Assembly (NCBI GenBank): GCA_963754655.1
Contig: CAVWGN010000001.1
Location: 1,440,001 to 1,504,000, forward strand
Direction: 5' to 3'
DNA length: 64,000 bases
Origin: an uncultured Chlamydiae bacterium
GTDB taxonomy: Bacteria; Chlamydiota; Chlamydiia; Chlamydiales; Parachlamydiaceae
Under the pieces are notes generated by a model. That model was not told where the DNA came from. It saw only the letters and a list, made by a program, of their open reading frames with translations, and searched no databases. This document shows, piece by piece, positions 20,257 to 29,685 of the stretch (positions within the stretch are counted from its first letter, which is position 1; each line of letters starts with the position of its first letter). Made by a program: the position numbers and the translations under genes.

Positions 20257-22494
20257 CTATTCAAAATAATACATTTTTCTTGATTTATCTTCCTGCACAG
20301 GTCGTCGCAAGCCCACATTTAGATACATGGCCACTCGATCATCTTTTTCTTGGTGCTGGTAAGAAAAGCGAAGATGCCAAGCGGTTTGAATTGTTGTGAG
20401 GAGATCAAATTCAAATTCGATATAACTTGGCTCTTTTTTGCGATTCCAGCCTTGACGAGAGGTAAACTCACACGCCCAATTGGGATGGAAGCGATAAAAA
20501 AAATGCACAAGGAGGGTGTCTCTGCGATCAGACAAGGGGGAATGAAGCAAACGCTTTTCGCTGTGAAACATATCTAAAAAGAAATTTTCGTGATCCACTT
20601 TTCGCCACCAATAGGGTCCACGATGGCGGTATTCGGCTGCAATGGCAAAATCAGCATTTAATGTCCATTTTGTAAGAAAATTAAAGTAATCGACTTGATT
20701 GTGCTCTAGATTCCATCCTGTATCAAGGGTGTGTTTGATTGTAGGAAGTGAAAAAAAACATAATTGACCATAGACTCTAGGAATCGTTTGACGAATTTTG
20801 TGCATATCAAAGAAAGCAAACGCATAGAGATCAGCGGATAGCATACGGGCCACACAAGCATTGTTTTGCTTGGTATAAAAAGCGTTATGAATTCCAAAGG
20901 ATAAATAATTGAGGCGCGTCCACCCATCGGTGATGTCAAAGATATCATGTTGATGAGGAGAAGAAGTAGGAGAAGAATAATAGCGATAAAAGACATAGGG
21001 TTCAATGATATGCTTGAGAGAACCATAATAGCGATAGAGTTGGCTTCTCAAATCAATTCCTGTTTTTCCTAACACAACCCATTGCGATTCTCCTGTTGGA
21101 CTATCACCGTAAAAAATGGAGATCATTCCAATTTCAGGTGTTAAGGTACCAAAGCGTCCAAGCACCAGGGGGCGATACAGGGTAGGAAAATATTGAAAAC
21201 GCGATGAAGAATAATTGCGTACGTGTAAAAGAAACTTCGAGTATTCAAAATTCAAGTAAGAGGCACTGGCCCAGTTTTCAAAAATCATTCCTGTGCGCTG
21301 CAATTCAAAGGGTTTGAAATTGGCTTCTAAAGTAGGAAGTTCTTGCTTGACTGTTTGAAAGCTATTGATGCGAACGCGTGTATAAAAGTTTCCTATCCAA
21401 TTTTCCTCTTGCCTTCTGATTCGAAGTTGTGTGCGTTCGGCAGTATCAAAATCAAAATCGCGATCGTAATAGTAGCTGGGCATGTCCTTGTCGCTAATTT
21501 TATCATAAGTCAATAAAATGCTAGTCTTGTCTTCATCCATCAGCTTTCGAAAAGCCCCTTCAAAGCGAAAGCGCGCTTTTTCATGGGGATGTAAAATAGA
21601 AGAATCCTTTGCTAAGTAAAAAATGCTTTGAAACTCTGTTTTATTGTCTTGCGAGTGGTAACTTGTTTCAATCCCTCCTCCTGGCCCTCTAGTCAAGCGA
21701 TAATCAAAACGAATAAATGTTTTCCAGCGTTCCCAAGAGAAAATTTCATAGGTTAAACCAAAGCGCGGCCCTTGGTGGCCTCCCCAACGAAATCGATAAC
21801 GAATAGGATTATCAAAAATGGAATCCAAATTGACCCGCAACGCTGGAACCCACAACACATTATAATTGAAGATTTTGAGAGAAATATGTTGAGCTCTTAA
21901 ATCACGTTCTTTTTCTATCCGAACAACTTGTGCGTAAATGCCCCAATCAGGCTGATCTCTTTCCGATGTTGTCACGTAACCATTATAAATGAGATAACTG
22001 CCATCCGGCCTGAGTTCCAGCCTTTCTCCTCCAAAAAACCAAGGTTCAATGGCTGTTTTACCATATTCAATGATCCCTTCTTTAGCTTGAAAATCATAAA
22101 ATAACTTCTTCCCTACAAAAATATATTCGCCAAATTCAACAATTAAATCTCCTTCAGCTTCTATCGTCCAAATCGACTTTTGATCCACAACCTTTCGTGT
22201 ATAACATAAATGTAGCGCTTGAATACGAATGTCAGAAGCAGTAATGACTCCTCCTTTATCTGTTGATAAAATCCCATCAGTATAAAGCGGTTCGCGTAAA
22301 TCGACTGTAATTCCTTCTTGCATCCCTTTCTGCATCATTTTACCTATCTCCTGGCCTAGAGCAGGCCAGCAAATCAAGTGAAATAAAACAAGGGAGAAAA
22401 AGAAGAGAGTCGACTTTGCCTTTTTTATTAGATGAAATGACAAAGGACAGCAGGAAAAAAATTGAGACCAAACAGCTCGATTGATGTGCTTCAT
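20257..22494 (-). CDS. LptD-like outer-membrane LPS assembly protein
   Basis: 745 aa; signal-like N terminus, OstA-like N region, aromatic beta-strand-rich C region; lies near the HEAT and maf genes as in Chlamydiae. Confidence 0.6.
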   Translation of the reverse strand: MKHINRAVWSQFFSCCPLSFHLIKKAKSTLFFFSLVLFHLICWPALGQEIGKMMQKGMQEGITVDLREPLYTDGILSTDKGGVITASDIRIQALHLCYTRKVVDQKSIWTIEAEGDLIVEFGEYIFVGKKLFYDFQAKEGIIEYGKTAIEPWFFGGERLELRPDGSYLIYNGYVTTSERDQPDWGIYAQVVRIEKERDLRAQHISLKIFNYNVLWVPALRVNLDSIFDNPIRYRFRWGGHQGPRFGLTYEIFSWERWKTFIRFDYRLTRGPGGGIETSYHSQDNKTEFQSIFYLAKDSSILHPHEKARFRFEGAFRKLMDEDKTSILLTYDKISDKDMPSYYYDRDFDFDTAERTQLRIRRQEENWIGNFYTRVRINSFQTVKQELPTLEANFKPFELQRTGMIFENWASASYLNFEYSKFLLHVRNYSSSRFQYFPTLYRPLVLGRFGTLTPEIGMISIFYGDSPTGESQWVVLGKTGIDLRSQLYRYYGSLKHIIEPYVFYRYYSSPTSSPHQHDIFDITDGWTRLNYLSFGIHNAFYTKQNNACVARMLSADLYAFAFFDMHKIRQTIPRVYGQLCFFSLPTIKHTLDTGWNLEHNQVDYFNFLTKWTLNADFAIAAEYRHRGPYWWRKVDHENFFLDMFHSEKRLLHSPLSDRRDTLLVHFFYRFHPNWACEFTSRQGWNRKKEPSYIEFEFDLLTTIQTAWHLRFSYQHQEKDDRVAMYLNVGLRRPVQEDKSRKMYYFE

Positions 22495-22585
22495 AGTGAA
22501 AAGAAATCCAGATAGGCAATCAGATAGAACGATTATAAAGTGAAAGTGATTTATGACAGAAGGATGAAAATAGAAAAGAAGTCAT

Positions 22586-22617
22586 TTTACCCAAGAGAGA
22601 GAATTCTCTTGGGTAAA
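22586..22617 (-). terminator. Hairpin downstream of the 22630-23817 gene
   Basis: tttacccaagaga-gagaat-tctcttgggtaaa. Confidence 0.6.
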
Positions 22618-22629
22618 TGAGGAGAGTGT

Positions 22630-23817
22630 TTACACAGCAGGAGGATTAATCTTAAAAATAGACTTTATAATATTATTTTGCTGAAAGGAGTTGATAAAAT
22701 CTTGAGGAGCAGTGAATTTAAAATCTATTTTAAAATTCTCCATTTCCTTTTCTAACTCTTCTCCATATTCAGCCGCCATTGATTGTGCCCATTTTGAAAC
22801 AGCTCCTCGTTCATTAGGAATATCTTTTGGTGTTTCTTTTGCCAGTTGCTCGAGACCCGCTTGTAATTCAGAATGTCGCTCAGTAAGAGTTTTCCAAGCT
22901 TGTTCTGCTGCTGCTCGTTGAAAAAGTTGAGCTCCAAACGCAGAGCAGAAAACTTTTCTTGATTTACCTTTTCCACCCGTCAAATGTGTTGCTTGAATAT
23001 GTTCATCAAAAATTCCTTTAAATAAACGCTTCTTTGCTTGCAAATCGAATGTATCGGATCTTCTAAATATTCCTTTTAAAGCTAATAAAAAGGAAAATTT
23101 GCTTAATTTATCCTTTTTACTAGAGGTATTATTCCCATCCTCTGTGTTAGGGTTTTCCTCTACTAAATACTTGGCTTTAGGAGCAACGCGAAGAGCAATT
23201 GTCGCTGCTTTCTCTGCTGTGGTTGCATAAGTAGGAGTTGGACGAAAAACTTGATAATTATATCCCATGCCTTTTTCCAAACGACAGGAATCATGGGTAA
23301 AAAGATCGACAGTACGCAGTCCTCCACTTCGGGAAGGCATCGCTTCTGAAATAATGACTCGCCCCTTTTCCTTATCCACTCCTACGACAATCGCAATATG
23401 GACTGCAGTATGGTCTGCTGTTTTATTAGATCGCCCAAAAAATTTGGCAATCCGCTGAAGTATCACAATAAAGGGATCGACCGCTTCAATTTTTTTAAAA
23501 CCCGTGAGATGAGTCACAATAATATCTCCGACTTTAAACTGCTCGCTTAGAGCTTTTTTCTCTTCTAAATTTGTCGGAAAAATTGTCGCTGTAAGAATAG
23601 ATTCATTTTCCTTCTCTACCTTAGACTGTTCTGTTTGAAGAACTTTTACGGGTTTTGAAATAGAATTAGATGCAGAAGTTGCAGCATCCGCTTGTATTAA
23701 TTGAGGTATATTTAAGTCATTTAAGTGTTCGATATTTTGTATAGGGGGTGTTTGAGTTTCAATTTGAAAAGGATTGGATGTCTGTAATAAATTAAATTCA
23801 TTTAAATTTTTTATCAT
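22630..23817 (-). CDS. Permuted papain-like (NlpC/P60, YiiX/LRAT-type) protein
   Basis: VGDIIV...HIAIV...ISEA near the N terminus and VFCS.F near the C terminus (His before Cys); low-complexity N terminus. Confidence 0.65.
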   Translation of the reverse strand: MIKNLNEFNLLQTSNPFQIETQTPPIQNIEHLNDLNIPQLIQADAATSASNSISKPVKVLQTEQSKVEKENESILTATIFPTNLEEKKALSEQFKVGDIIVTHLTGFKKIEAVDPFIVILQRIAKFFGRSNKTADHTAVHIAIVVGVDKEKGRVIISEAMPSRSGGLRTVDLFTHDSCRLEKGMGYNYQVFRPTPTYATTAEKAATIALRVAPKAKYLVEENPNTEDGNNTSSKKDKLSKFSFLLALKGIFRRSDTFDLQAKKRLFKGIFDEHIQATHLTGGKGKSRKVFCSAFGAQLFQRAAAEQAWKTLTERHSELQAGLEQLAKETPKDIPNERGAVSKWAQSMAAEYGEELEKEMENFKIDFKFTAPQDFINSFQQNNIIKSIFKINPPAV

Positions 23818-24164
23818 TGTTTAACCTTGGTTGAATTATTTTATTTAATATATAATTATATCTTAATCTAATTATTAATTTATTAAAGAAATTGTTAATT
23901 TTTGTTTAAAAATTCGACTTTAAATAATTATTTATTATATATAATTAATTTTATAGTTTGTTTTCGTAATTTATTTAGATGAAATTAATTTGATTTAGTT
24001 TTATTAAAAAGACCCCGTTCCGTTAATTAATAAATTATATTCATAGAGAAAGGGTCATATAAATTATTGAATAATTTGTTTTAATATGTGAATTAAAATG
24101 AATTAAGGGAAAAATAGTTAGAAGGAGAGGATATAGAATGAAAAGCTCAAAAAGAATTGTTTTC

Positions 24165-25862
24165 TTATTGAGTGGCGCGGAGAAGCAAGCCTGCTAAGGC
24201 ATATTTATTTTTAGCGTGACCTGTTGCGATAGCTTCGATTAAAGTTTCCACTCCTTGTGTATCTTGTTGGGCTGCAAAAGTTTCAAAAGCTTCAATCAAT
24301 AATTTAGAAGTTTCTTCAGGGGTTAAAGTGTAAGTATTTTCGCCAAATTTCCATGGGCTGAAGGGTTGGAAGCGAATGAATTGTGTTTGATTTTGCGTTT
24401 TTACCCATTGACGTAATTGCTCGGCATAAGGACCCGGTTCTTGTAAGCGATAAAGTGCGAGATTGCAATAATGGCGGACGAGAGGGGCCCCAAATTGTTG
24501 CTGATGTTGCTTGAGACACTCTATTGCCTCTTTTGTCCCCAAATGCTCGAGTAATTCTGTCGTGCGAGGGACTAAGTCATTTTGTTGTTTTAAGAAAATT
24601 TGATGAGCTAAGGCAAGAAAATGCTTGGGAGAAAGTTCTCGTACCTTTTCTAAAAGTGATTCTTTCAATTCTAAATGCTCTTGATAAGCACTCAGATCAT
24701 CTTTTAATAATTGATTGGCAGAGGGGGTGACTTTCCACGCTTTAAATATTTGTCCTGGTGAATGAATAATAGTAAAAGCTAGATCTTTTTTGTCTCGAAT
24801 GACAACTTCGCTGATAAGATCAAGGGCGCGAGGGTGATGTTGTTCTAAAAGAGCCATAACTGCATTCAGACGAATCTGCATATTGGGCTTTTCAAGTAAG
24901 TATAAAAGAATTTCTGATCGATCTGGAATAGAGCCCAATGCTGAAATGGCAAAGAGATCTTCTTTTTGTGCTGCTTGTTCAATAGCTTGGATGGATTCTT
25001 CGTGCCCTAATTGATAAAGAGCGACATGGGCTGCTAGAGACACTGTGGGATATTGCGATAAAGTGAGTTTTTTGAGTTTAGGAATCGATGCTTCATCTTT
25101 TAATGTTCCGAAAGTTGCCGCACAAGCCTCTTGTAAGGCAAATTGAAGTTGGGATGATTGTTGATGAATCTGTGGAAGAAGATCATCTCGCTGGTATTTA
25201 GCAATGCTTAAAATGATCGCAAGGCGAACACTTTTAGATGATTGATTGAAAAGCTTGCGCAAAATACGGGTAGAATGAGAATCGCCCACCATAGCAAATA
25301 AAGGGGGAAAAATTGCCATATAAGCCTTAGGGGTCTTATACATTAAAGATTCAGCCTGATTAATCGCTTGAGGATGTTTTTTCTTGCAAAGTTGATGAAC
25401 GGCTTCATAACGCACTTCAATGGAAGGAGATCCAAGAGCGCGCATCAGGGCGTGATCGGCTCGATCATTTTGAAAGCGGGCCAAAGCTCCTAATGCAACC
25501 AATTGAATGGCTGGATAGGGACTTTTAAGGCTTTCCTCTAAAATATAATAAGCATCCTCATGGGCAGAAACAGCAGCTCCAAAAAGAGCCAGGAGTTGAC
25601 ATTCAGGGTCGTTTTGTCGAAATCCATCATCTAAAATTCTTAGCCCCATTTGATGTAAAAGTTCAAAATCATGTTGCTTGCTTGCTTGAACATCTTTCTG
25701 ATAAATTTTTAATGCTTGCTCATGATTGCCTTGCTGGACTAAAAATAAGAGATGCCCATGGTGATGAGAGACAGAAGGGGAGGAAGGATCTTCTCCATAT
25801 CCATTAAAAGGAAGAATAAGCGCGCCTAGATTTAAAAGGGTTATCCCCATCTTGCCATGCAT
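24165..25862 (-). CDS. HEAT-repeat protein
   Basis: Repeated ..IQLVALGAL, VRYEAV and VRLAII helices; directly downstream of maf. Confidence 0.8.
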   Translation of the reverse strand: MHGKMGITLLNLGALILPFNGYGEDPSSPSVSHHHGHLLFLVQQGNHEQALKIYQKDVQASKQHDFELLHQMGLRILDDGFRQNDPECQLLALFGAAVSAHEDAYYILEESLKSPYPAIQLVALGALARFQNDRADHALMRALGSPSIEVRYEAVHQLCKKKHPQAINQAESLMYKTPKAYMAIFPPLFAMVGDSHSTRILRKLFNQSSKSVRLAIILSIAKYQRDDLLPQIHQQSSQLQFALQEACAATFGTLKDEASIPKLKKLTLSQYPTVSLAAHVALYQLGHEESIQAIEQAAQKEDLFAISALGSIPDRSEILLYLLEKPNMQIRLNAVMALLEQHHPRALDLISEVVIRDKKDLAFTIIHSPGQIFKAWKVTPSANQLLKDDLSAYQEHLELKESLLEKVRELSPKHFLALAHQIFLKQQNDLVPRTTELLEHLGTKEAIECLKQHQQQFGAPLVRHYCNLALYRLQEPGPYAEQLRQWVKTQNQTQFIRFQPFSPWKFGENTYTLTPEETSKLLIEAFETFAAQQDTQGVETLIEAIATGHAKNKYALAGLLLRATQ

Positions 25863-25864
25863 GT

Positions 25865-26452
25865 TTAGAACCTTTTAAAATGTTTCCAAAGGTCAATTCC
25901 TGCATGTAGTAAGACAGAGTAGAGAGCATTGATGGGTAATCCGACAACATTATAATAACATCCTTCAATGCGTTTGACAATCAACCCTCCTGGACCTTGA
26001 ATCATATAGCCGCCAGCCTTATCAGAAAAAGTGAGGCTCTGATGATAAGTTTTAATCTGCTCTTCTGTCAGAGAATTGAATAACACCCGCGTTTCATCCA
26101 CTTCTTGAAAGTTTTGGCCCTTTAACGAAAGGGTTAATCCAGTAAAAACGCTATGCCATTTTCCCGACAATTCTTTTAAGTATTGAAAAGCCTCCTCCTT
26201 ATTTCTTGGCTTTCCATAAATCTTGCCTTCTTTATAGACAATAGTGTCAGCTGTCAAAATTGCCTCTTGAGAAAACTCATAAGCCAGAGAATCGGCCTTG
26301 CCTTTTGATAAAATTTGGACATATTCTTGCGGATTGCCATGAAAAGGAATCGTATCCTCATCAAAATGAGGAGAGACTTGCTTGAAAGGGATATCAAAAA
26401 AACTTAAAACCTCTCGTCTTCTTGGAGATTGTGAACCTAAAATCAGTTGCAT
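25865..26452 (-). CDS. maf: Maf family nucleoside triphosphate pyrophosphatase
   Basis: [34 protein letters not shown]. Confidence 0.95.
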   Translation of the reverse strand: MQLILGSQSPRRREVLSFFDIPFKQVSPHFDEDTIPFHGNPQEYVQILSKGKADSLAYEFSQEAILTADTIVYKEGKIYGKPRNKEEAFQYLKELSGKWHSVFTGLTLSLKGQNFQEVDETRVLFNSLTEEQIKTYHQSLTFSDKAGGYMIQGPGGLIVKRIEGCYYNVVGLPINALYSVLLHAGIDLWKHFKRF

Positions 26453-26459
26453 AGAGATC

Positions 26460-26750
26460 CTAAATTAAAAAAAGTTGAGAAAAAAGATAAGCGGAATGCT
26501 TATCTAGGTTAATTTTTGGACAATAAACGTATAATTCTGTTTTGACTTCTTTCTCTTTTTCTTTCAATTCAGCATATGTCATGAAAGAAGGAATAAAAAG
26601 ACCGATATAATCTTTTTCTTGCTGTTGGACGACTATAAGAGTTGCCTTTCCTAAAAGTTTAGCTTCTTTCCAATTTCGACTTTGATTCAAATGTATTTTC
26701 ACTTCTTTAGTTTGAATATAACCTAGAAAAATCCGAATTTCAAATGACAT
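26460..26750 (-). CDS. Hypothetical protein
   Basis: 96-aa ORF closely upstream of maf on the same strand. Confidence 0.7.
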   Translation of the reverse strand: MSFEIRIFLGYIQTKEVKIHLNQSRNWKEAKLLGKATLIVVQQQEKDYIGLFIPSFMTYAELKEKEKEVKTELYVYCPKINLDKHSAYLFSQLFLI

Positions 26751-26829
26751 TTCAATCTCTTTATAAAATTTTTTATGACATATTTATTGAGTAAAAAAAT
26801 AAAAAATATGTTATCTTATAATTAACTAG

Positions 26830-27843
26830 GTGGAGCCTTTTATGCTTACCGAGTTTATTTATCAATGGAATCCTTTTAATGTTTATGGGAATGAAGTTGA
26901 AGTTGATGACTTAATTTGCAATCCTTTACAGCCAAATGAAACACTTAGACAGGATCGATATGGCCATTTTAGGCGAATTCGTGTTCCTACTTCTCATTCT
27001 ACTCTTTGGGAAAGAGTTGTCTTTTGGTTTCAGATTCACATTAATGAAAAAGATCATTTGCAAGCAATTGATAAATTAATTTCTCTTTTTTACCAAAGGC
27101 TTCTTCAACATCCTCCTCAACAGACTGAGAAAATGCAAGAATTTAACTTGCAGGTCAATCAATTGCGTTCATTGAAAAATGATTATGGCTTTGTCTATCT
27201 TAAGAAAGAAGATCCTTCTTTTATCGATTTAAGATTAAAAGAGATAGAAAGACATGCTTATTCCATTTTTGCTTACTATCATAAACACCAGATTCTTGAA
27301 CAGGAAGAAATTAGAAAAAAGTCTTTTGATTTATTTCAAGCTCAAATCAAACAAAATTTTCAAGATTTAGAATTAGAATATGTAAGAGGTTTGCAAACTG
27401 CACGACTTTTAATTATGGTTCCTGTCACCATAGTCAATGTTCTTTTTGAAGAAAGAATGCAGAGCCTAGACAAGCGGCTGAAGATCATTGAAGCTCTTCA
27501 AGCCCAAATCAATGAATTAGAAAAAGAGCATGAAGGAAAATTTACCATTCCCTTTATTAATGATGATTTGAATCATATGAGAAGTAAATTGTGCTACGAA
27601 TTATCCAAAATTGGTATAGAGGCTCAATTGTTAATAGAAAATTTAATTTTAAATTATCGCCTCATTCCTTTTCAAGCAGGGGTCAAATGGTTATTAGATT
27701 CCCTTCAGATTGATCCCGAGAAATATGATAAAGAAAAATCATATGCATTTTTGTTTCAACAGGCTTTAGATAGCGAAATTCAGCGCCTTCGCTTTCTATT
27801 TCAAAAAAGAAAAAGAATAGGAGAAGAAAAAAACAGATCCTAA
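26830..27843 (+). CDS. Hypothetical helical/coiled-coil protein
   Basis: 337-aa ORF (alternative ATG at 26842). Confidence 0.7.
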   Translation: MEPFMLTEFIYQWNPFNVYGNEVEVDDLICNPLQPNETLRQDRYGHFRRIRVPTSHSTLWERVVFWFQIHINEKDHLQAIDKLISLFYQRLLQHPPQQTEKMQEFNLQVNQLRSLKNDYGFVYLKKEDPSFIDLRLKEIERHAYSIFAYYHKHQILEQEEIRKKSFDLFQAQIKQNFQDLELEYVRGLQTARLLIMVPVTIVNVLFEERMQSLDKRLKIIEALQAQINELEKEHEGKFTIPFINDDLNHMRSKLCYELSKIGIEAQLLIENLILNYRLIPFQAGVKWLLDSLQIDPEKYDKEKSYAFLFQQALDSEIQRLRFLFQKRKRIGEEKNRS

Positions 27844-27844
27844 T

Positions 27845-27860
27845 TGGCATTTATCTTGCA
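27845..27860 (+). promoter_or_regulatory. Putative sigma-54 (-24/-12) promoter
   Basis: TGGCATTTATCTTGCA = GG-N10-GC, about 35 bp upstream of the 27894 ATG. Confidence 0.55.
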
Positions 27861-27893
27861 TAAAGTAAAGGGATTTATAGAGAGGATTAAGCT

Positions 27894-29315
27894 ATGGTTA
27901 TTCAGCAGATTGCCTCCCAAAAATTTCATCTTTATGCTTGCTTGCCTTTTATCGAATTAGCACATGAAAGAATGATTCAATTCGGTCCTGTGACTTTTTG
28001 GCCAGCTTCCAAGTCCGAGGAGTTTTTAACAACCGATCTACATGCCTCTTTTCATCATTATTTACAGGTTGTTGGGCAAATTAAGGCGCCCAATGGGGAC
28101 AAAGAGCAACCATTAGTGAACACAATGACTTTAAATCCTAAGGGAATAACTTGCCTATCAATTGCAGAAAATATTCCAAGTGAAAAGCGTGAGTTTATTC
28201 TCATTGATTCTTTGTATTTACTTTACTTTGCCTGTATATTTCGCAATCTTTATTACGGACAAGAAATTTCTCCTTTTAATGCTTTTCGCAAGATGATTCC
28301 AGCCTCCGAAGAATTTATTAAAAATAAACAGAACTGGGAAAGCTTGCACATCTCTGAAACAGATAGAGAGGAAACAGTTTGCCTACATATTGTTGATCCC
28401 GATATTTGTCATGGACTAGGAAAAGCTTTAGAGTCTATTTATCTTCCTTCAACTCTTCAAGATCAAGAGTTCGTGCAAACTTATAAACGTATTGTACGGT
28501 CGATTCGCTATCTAGTTGACCGTTTTTTTCAACGTTTTATCAATCTTTTTGATAAAGGGCTGACTTTTCCTGAAGAAATATTTGAGCCCGAAGATGTGAT
28601 TTTTTTAGCCTCAAGTTTTGAGTCTTTATTTAATATCAATAATAGCCAAGAAACTCCAGCCGATTTTAAACATAAGCTGCGTCCTCTCCTTCATTTAAAA
28701 TACAGCCGCCCCGTTGAAATTTTCTGGAAATGGGTCGATGATTTTTACGAAGTGAAGCGCCGAATTATTCATGGCGAGACTTTTTTGGATCCTCTATTTC
28801 GTCTCAATCCTAATTTTGAAGTTTCCCATATTCTTTTGGGAATTAAACTTTTTGTTTATTCTGTCTATTATTATCTATTTAAATATCAACTTCTTGAGTC
28901 TACATACGTGGATCCGTATACCCCTCCCGACTTTAAGTGGATTCATCCTGAAGAAGTTTTGCTCTTTTTTTGGACAGAACCTTCAGTATTAGAGAAAATT
29001 AGCTTATTTATTAAGGAAGCTAGACAAGGACCTCTTAAAGAAGAGGCTTTAGCCGATATGAATTTATTGACAACTTTATTCGTCTCTCTTTATGACCGCT
29101 ATTATTTATCAGAGCAATTAACAGGAGAGGGTATTGTACGGTTTATTCCATCGCCTTTAGCTGATTTGAAAGCGCAGGGCGATCAAATTTTAGAACAGAT
29201 CAAACAAATGCAAATGGCTGATCCACACTGTCCCTTTCTGCAATTTATCCACCCTTATTTTATGAGTGTTCTAGAAGATCGCTTAAACGAAAAAAAGTGT
29301 CAGGTGAATGAATGA
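27894..29315 (+). CDS. Hypothetical protein with an ApeA-like HEPN region
   Basis: GAGG ribosome-binding site; FLASSFESLF...FYEVKRRIIHG resembles the HEPN LE.L...Y..RS.IVHG pattern. Confidence 0.7.
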   Translation: MVIQQIASQKFHLYACLPFIELAHERMIQFGPVTFWPASKSEEFLTTDLHASFHHYLQVVGQIKAPNGDKEQPLVNTMTLNPKGITCLSIAENIPSEKREFILIDSLYLLYFACIFRNLYYGQEISPFNAFRKMIPASEEFIKNKQNWESLHISETDREETVCLHIVDPDICHGLGKALESIYLPSTLQDQEFVQTYKRIVRSIRYLVDRFFQRFINLFDKGLTFPEEIFEPEDVIFLASSFESLFNINNSQETPADFKHKLRPLLHLKYSRPVEIFWKWVDDFYEVKRRIIHGETFLDPLFRLNPNFEVSHILLGIKLFVYSVYYYLFKYQLLESTYVDPYTPPDFKWIHPEEVLLFFWTEPSVLEKISLFIKEARQGPLKEEALADMNLLTTLFVSLYDRYYLSEQLTGEGIVRFIPSPLADLKAQGDQILEQIKQMQMADPHCPFLQFIHPYFMSVLEDRLNEKKCQVNE

Positions 29316-29412
29316 GGAGCCACTGTTTGGTCGCATACGCATCAGGCTAAATAAAAGAGATTCTTTTAACGGATGGCTCAAAATCCAGGGTATTTTTATT
29401 AAAAAAATCTGA

Positions 29413-29529
29413 CACTTACAGCCCTTCAAGCTGAGGCAGGAAATCTCAGCCTGAAGGGCTGTAAGTGCAAAAACCCAGGGCAACGCCCTGGGTATAATTG
29501 AGTTGTGTCATGTAGTCTGAAGGACTACA
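29413..29529. repeat. REP-like multi-hairpin unit (family H)
   Basis: Hairpins at 29413-29467, acccagggcaacgccctgggt and tgtagtctgaaggactaca; related copy at 54706-54811. Confidence 0.85.
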
Positions 29530-29539
29530 AGAGAATCAT

Positions 29540-29682
29540 CTCATTCCAAACATGTTTTCATCAAACGAATTCCCCCATCTATTTTAACCAGTTAGAAAAT
29601 CCTTTCTTAACTTCAATAAGCTTACTCAATGGCAAAGACAAGGTAAAGAAATAAAAGGATGGAACCCAGGTTTTTCAACTCC
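29540..29682 (-). pseudogene. Decayed IS200/IS605-type (HUH Y1) transposase remnant
   Basis: Manual translation across frameshifts gives GVEKPGFHPFISLP / SLPLSKLIEVKKGFSNWLK* / FDE.HVWNE, resembling TnpA GVEDHVH...SKLVEEVKKGSSKWIK...FDERYVW. Confidence 0.5.
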
Positions 29683-29685
29683 GGT

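Noticed and set aside
17004..22494. Dedicated polysaccharide or capsule island
   Set aside because: Only ugd and one initiating transferase, interleaved with ispA and an LptD-like gene; no glycosyltransferase, flippase or polymerase cluster.
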